From assembly GCA_044892525.1 (NCBI GenBank), contig CM097885.1, forward strand, positions 22,568,001 through 22,632,000: a stretch of DNA of 64,000 nucleotides. The letters run 5' to 3'. The position numbers and the translations under genes were made by a program. Positions 62,903 through 64,000 of this stretch are shown in pieces; the first letter of the stretch is position 1, and every line of letters begins with the position of its first letter. This DNA is from Schmidtea polychroa. Taxonomy: Eukaryota. The notes below the pieces were generated by a model. That model saw only the letters and a list, made by a program, of their open reading frames with translations, searched no databases and was not told where the DNA came from.

Positions 62903-64000
62903 CTAGAATATCAGCAATAATCGACAATAGAATGTGAAATTATGAGTAATTTATTAATTGAGTAAAGAAAAACAATTATTCAATTGGATTCGAGGATAAA
63001 GAATTATTGGGGTGCGATAAAGGGTTTAAAGAAAGTTATGGAGTCAGCATTCAGAAATTTTAGCGAGCGAGTGAAATAAATGTGAGTAAAATTGAATGGG
63101 TAAAGTTTCAGAATTATAAATTTTACAATAATTTTATTAATATTACTGCCGGTAATTTACCGGTTAATAAAATTAAGATGAATGAGATATTGCCTTTGAT
63201 ATTGGGAAATTTTGTGAAAGAATTATGTATCTCATGGGATATTTGGTATTTTGAATGATAATGGGTTAGAGTATATGAGATTGATGTATTTATTAAGAGA
63301 ATTGAATAGTGTGATTGATATTAGGATAAAAGGCTATACTGTCGGAGATTGAGGCTCTAATAGTATAAATCGGATATTGTGTAATTAATAGGATAATGGA
63401 GTGTTGTGTCATATATTTAGGAATTAGTGTTGGTAAAATGTATATAATGCGGGAATATGGAATTATTTTGTAAGATAATAAATTAGTTTATTTAATAATG
63501 TAATAATGTATATTTTCACTGAATAATGGTGTTTTTCGTATTATAAATAATTAAATAGATAATGATTGTATCAATTAATAAAAGAATTTGTCATATATTA
63601 GATAAATATTGTCTGATAAAGAGTATTACAAAATATATCTTACAAAAATTATTAAAAGAAATTATAAAATTTATTAATTTAATAAAAATAATATTTATTG
63701 AAATATTATTATTAGTACTTTAATTCTTTAATATTTGTAAAAAAGACTGAATTTCATTATGAATATCACTTATTTAATATATAGGATTTTTAGTGAGTGT
63801 TAAAATTATAATTTTAAACTAGGTTCATTATTAAAAAAATAATTTAAAGATTTTTATGAATTTTTAAAAAATATCTATTTCATAATAACATTATTTAAAC
63901 AAATTTAAAGAAAATATTTATATAAAATTACTCAACAAAAGTTTAATAATTTGCTCAAATTTTTAATTCAGTCTAAAGATATCGGTTGCTGGCGTTTCCT

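Noticed and set aside
1-64000. Prokaryotic or contaminant origin of the window
   Set aside because: Multiple animal genes with consistent spliceosomal introns, and eukaryotic TE families throughout.

Overview
AT-rich eukaryotic (animal) genomic DNA, not prokaryotic: the genes carry GT-AG introns, mostly 41-50 bp, plus a few multi-kb introns filled with transposons. A compact-intron, TE-rich animal such as a myxozoan or orthonectid parasite would fit, but that is inference only. Host genes reconstructed by hand: the 3' part of a fibrillar collagen (+, 3930-14508); a U1 snRNA-like sequence inside a collagen intron; a multiply disabled MANF/ARMET gene; an ACL4-like TPR gene; a degenerate eIF3f-like gene; a non-catalytic trypsin-fold gene; NOB1; a 5-exon orphan gene; and a RhoGAP gene (-) whose domain is split by a 10.2 kb intron. 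Three transposase ORFs look intact: an IS630-like DD34E element with minisatellite TIRs, an 882-aa hAT with an 8-bp TSD, and a 591-aa BED-finger hAT. There are also many relics (Tigger/pogo, Tc1, hAT, Merlin, gypsy, LINE, MITEs, fold-backs) and three N gaps. I found no CRISPR, TnpB/Fanzor or other clearly new multi-gene system. The most unusual signals are the IS630-like element, the intronic U1-like copy, an over-long tRNA primer-binding site and a nested-TIR structure around eIF3f. All product calls come from motif recognition, not database searches.
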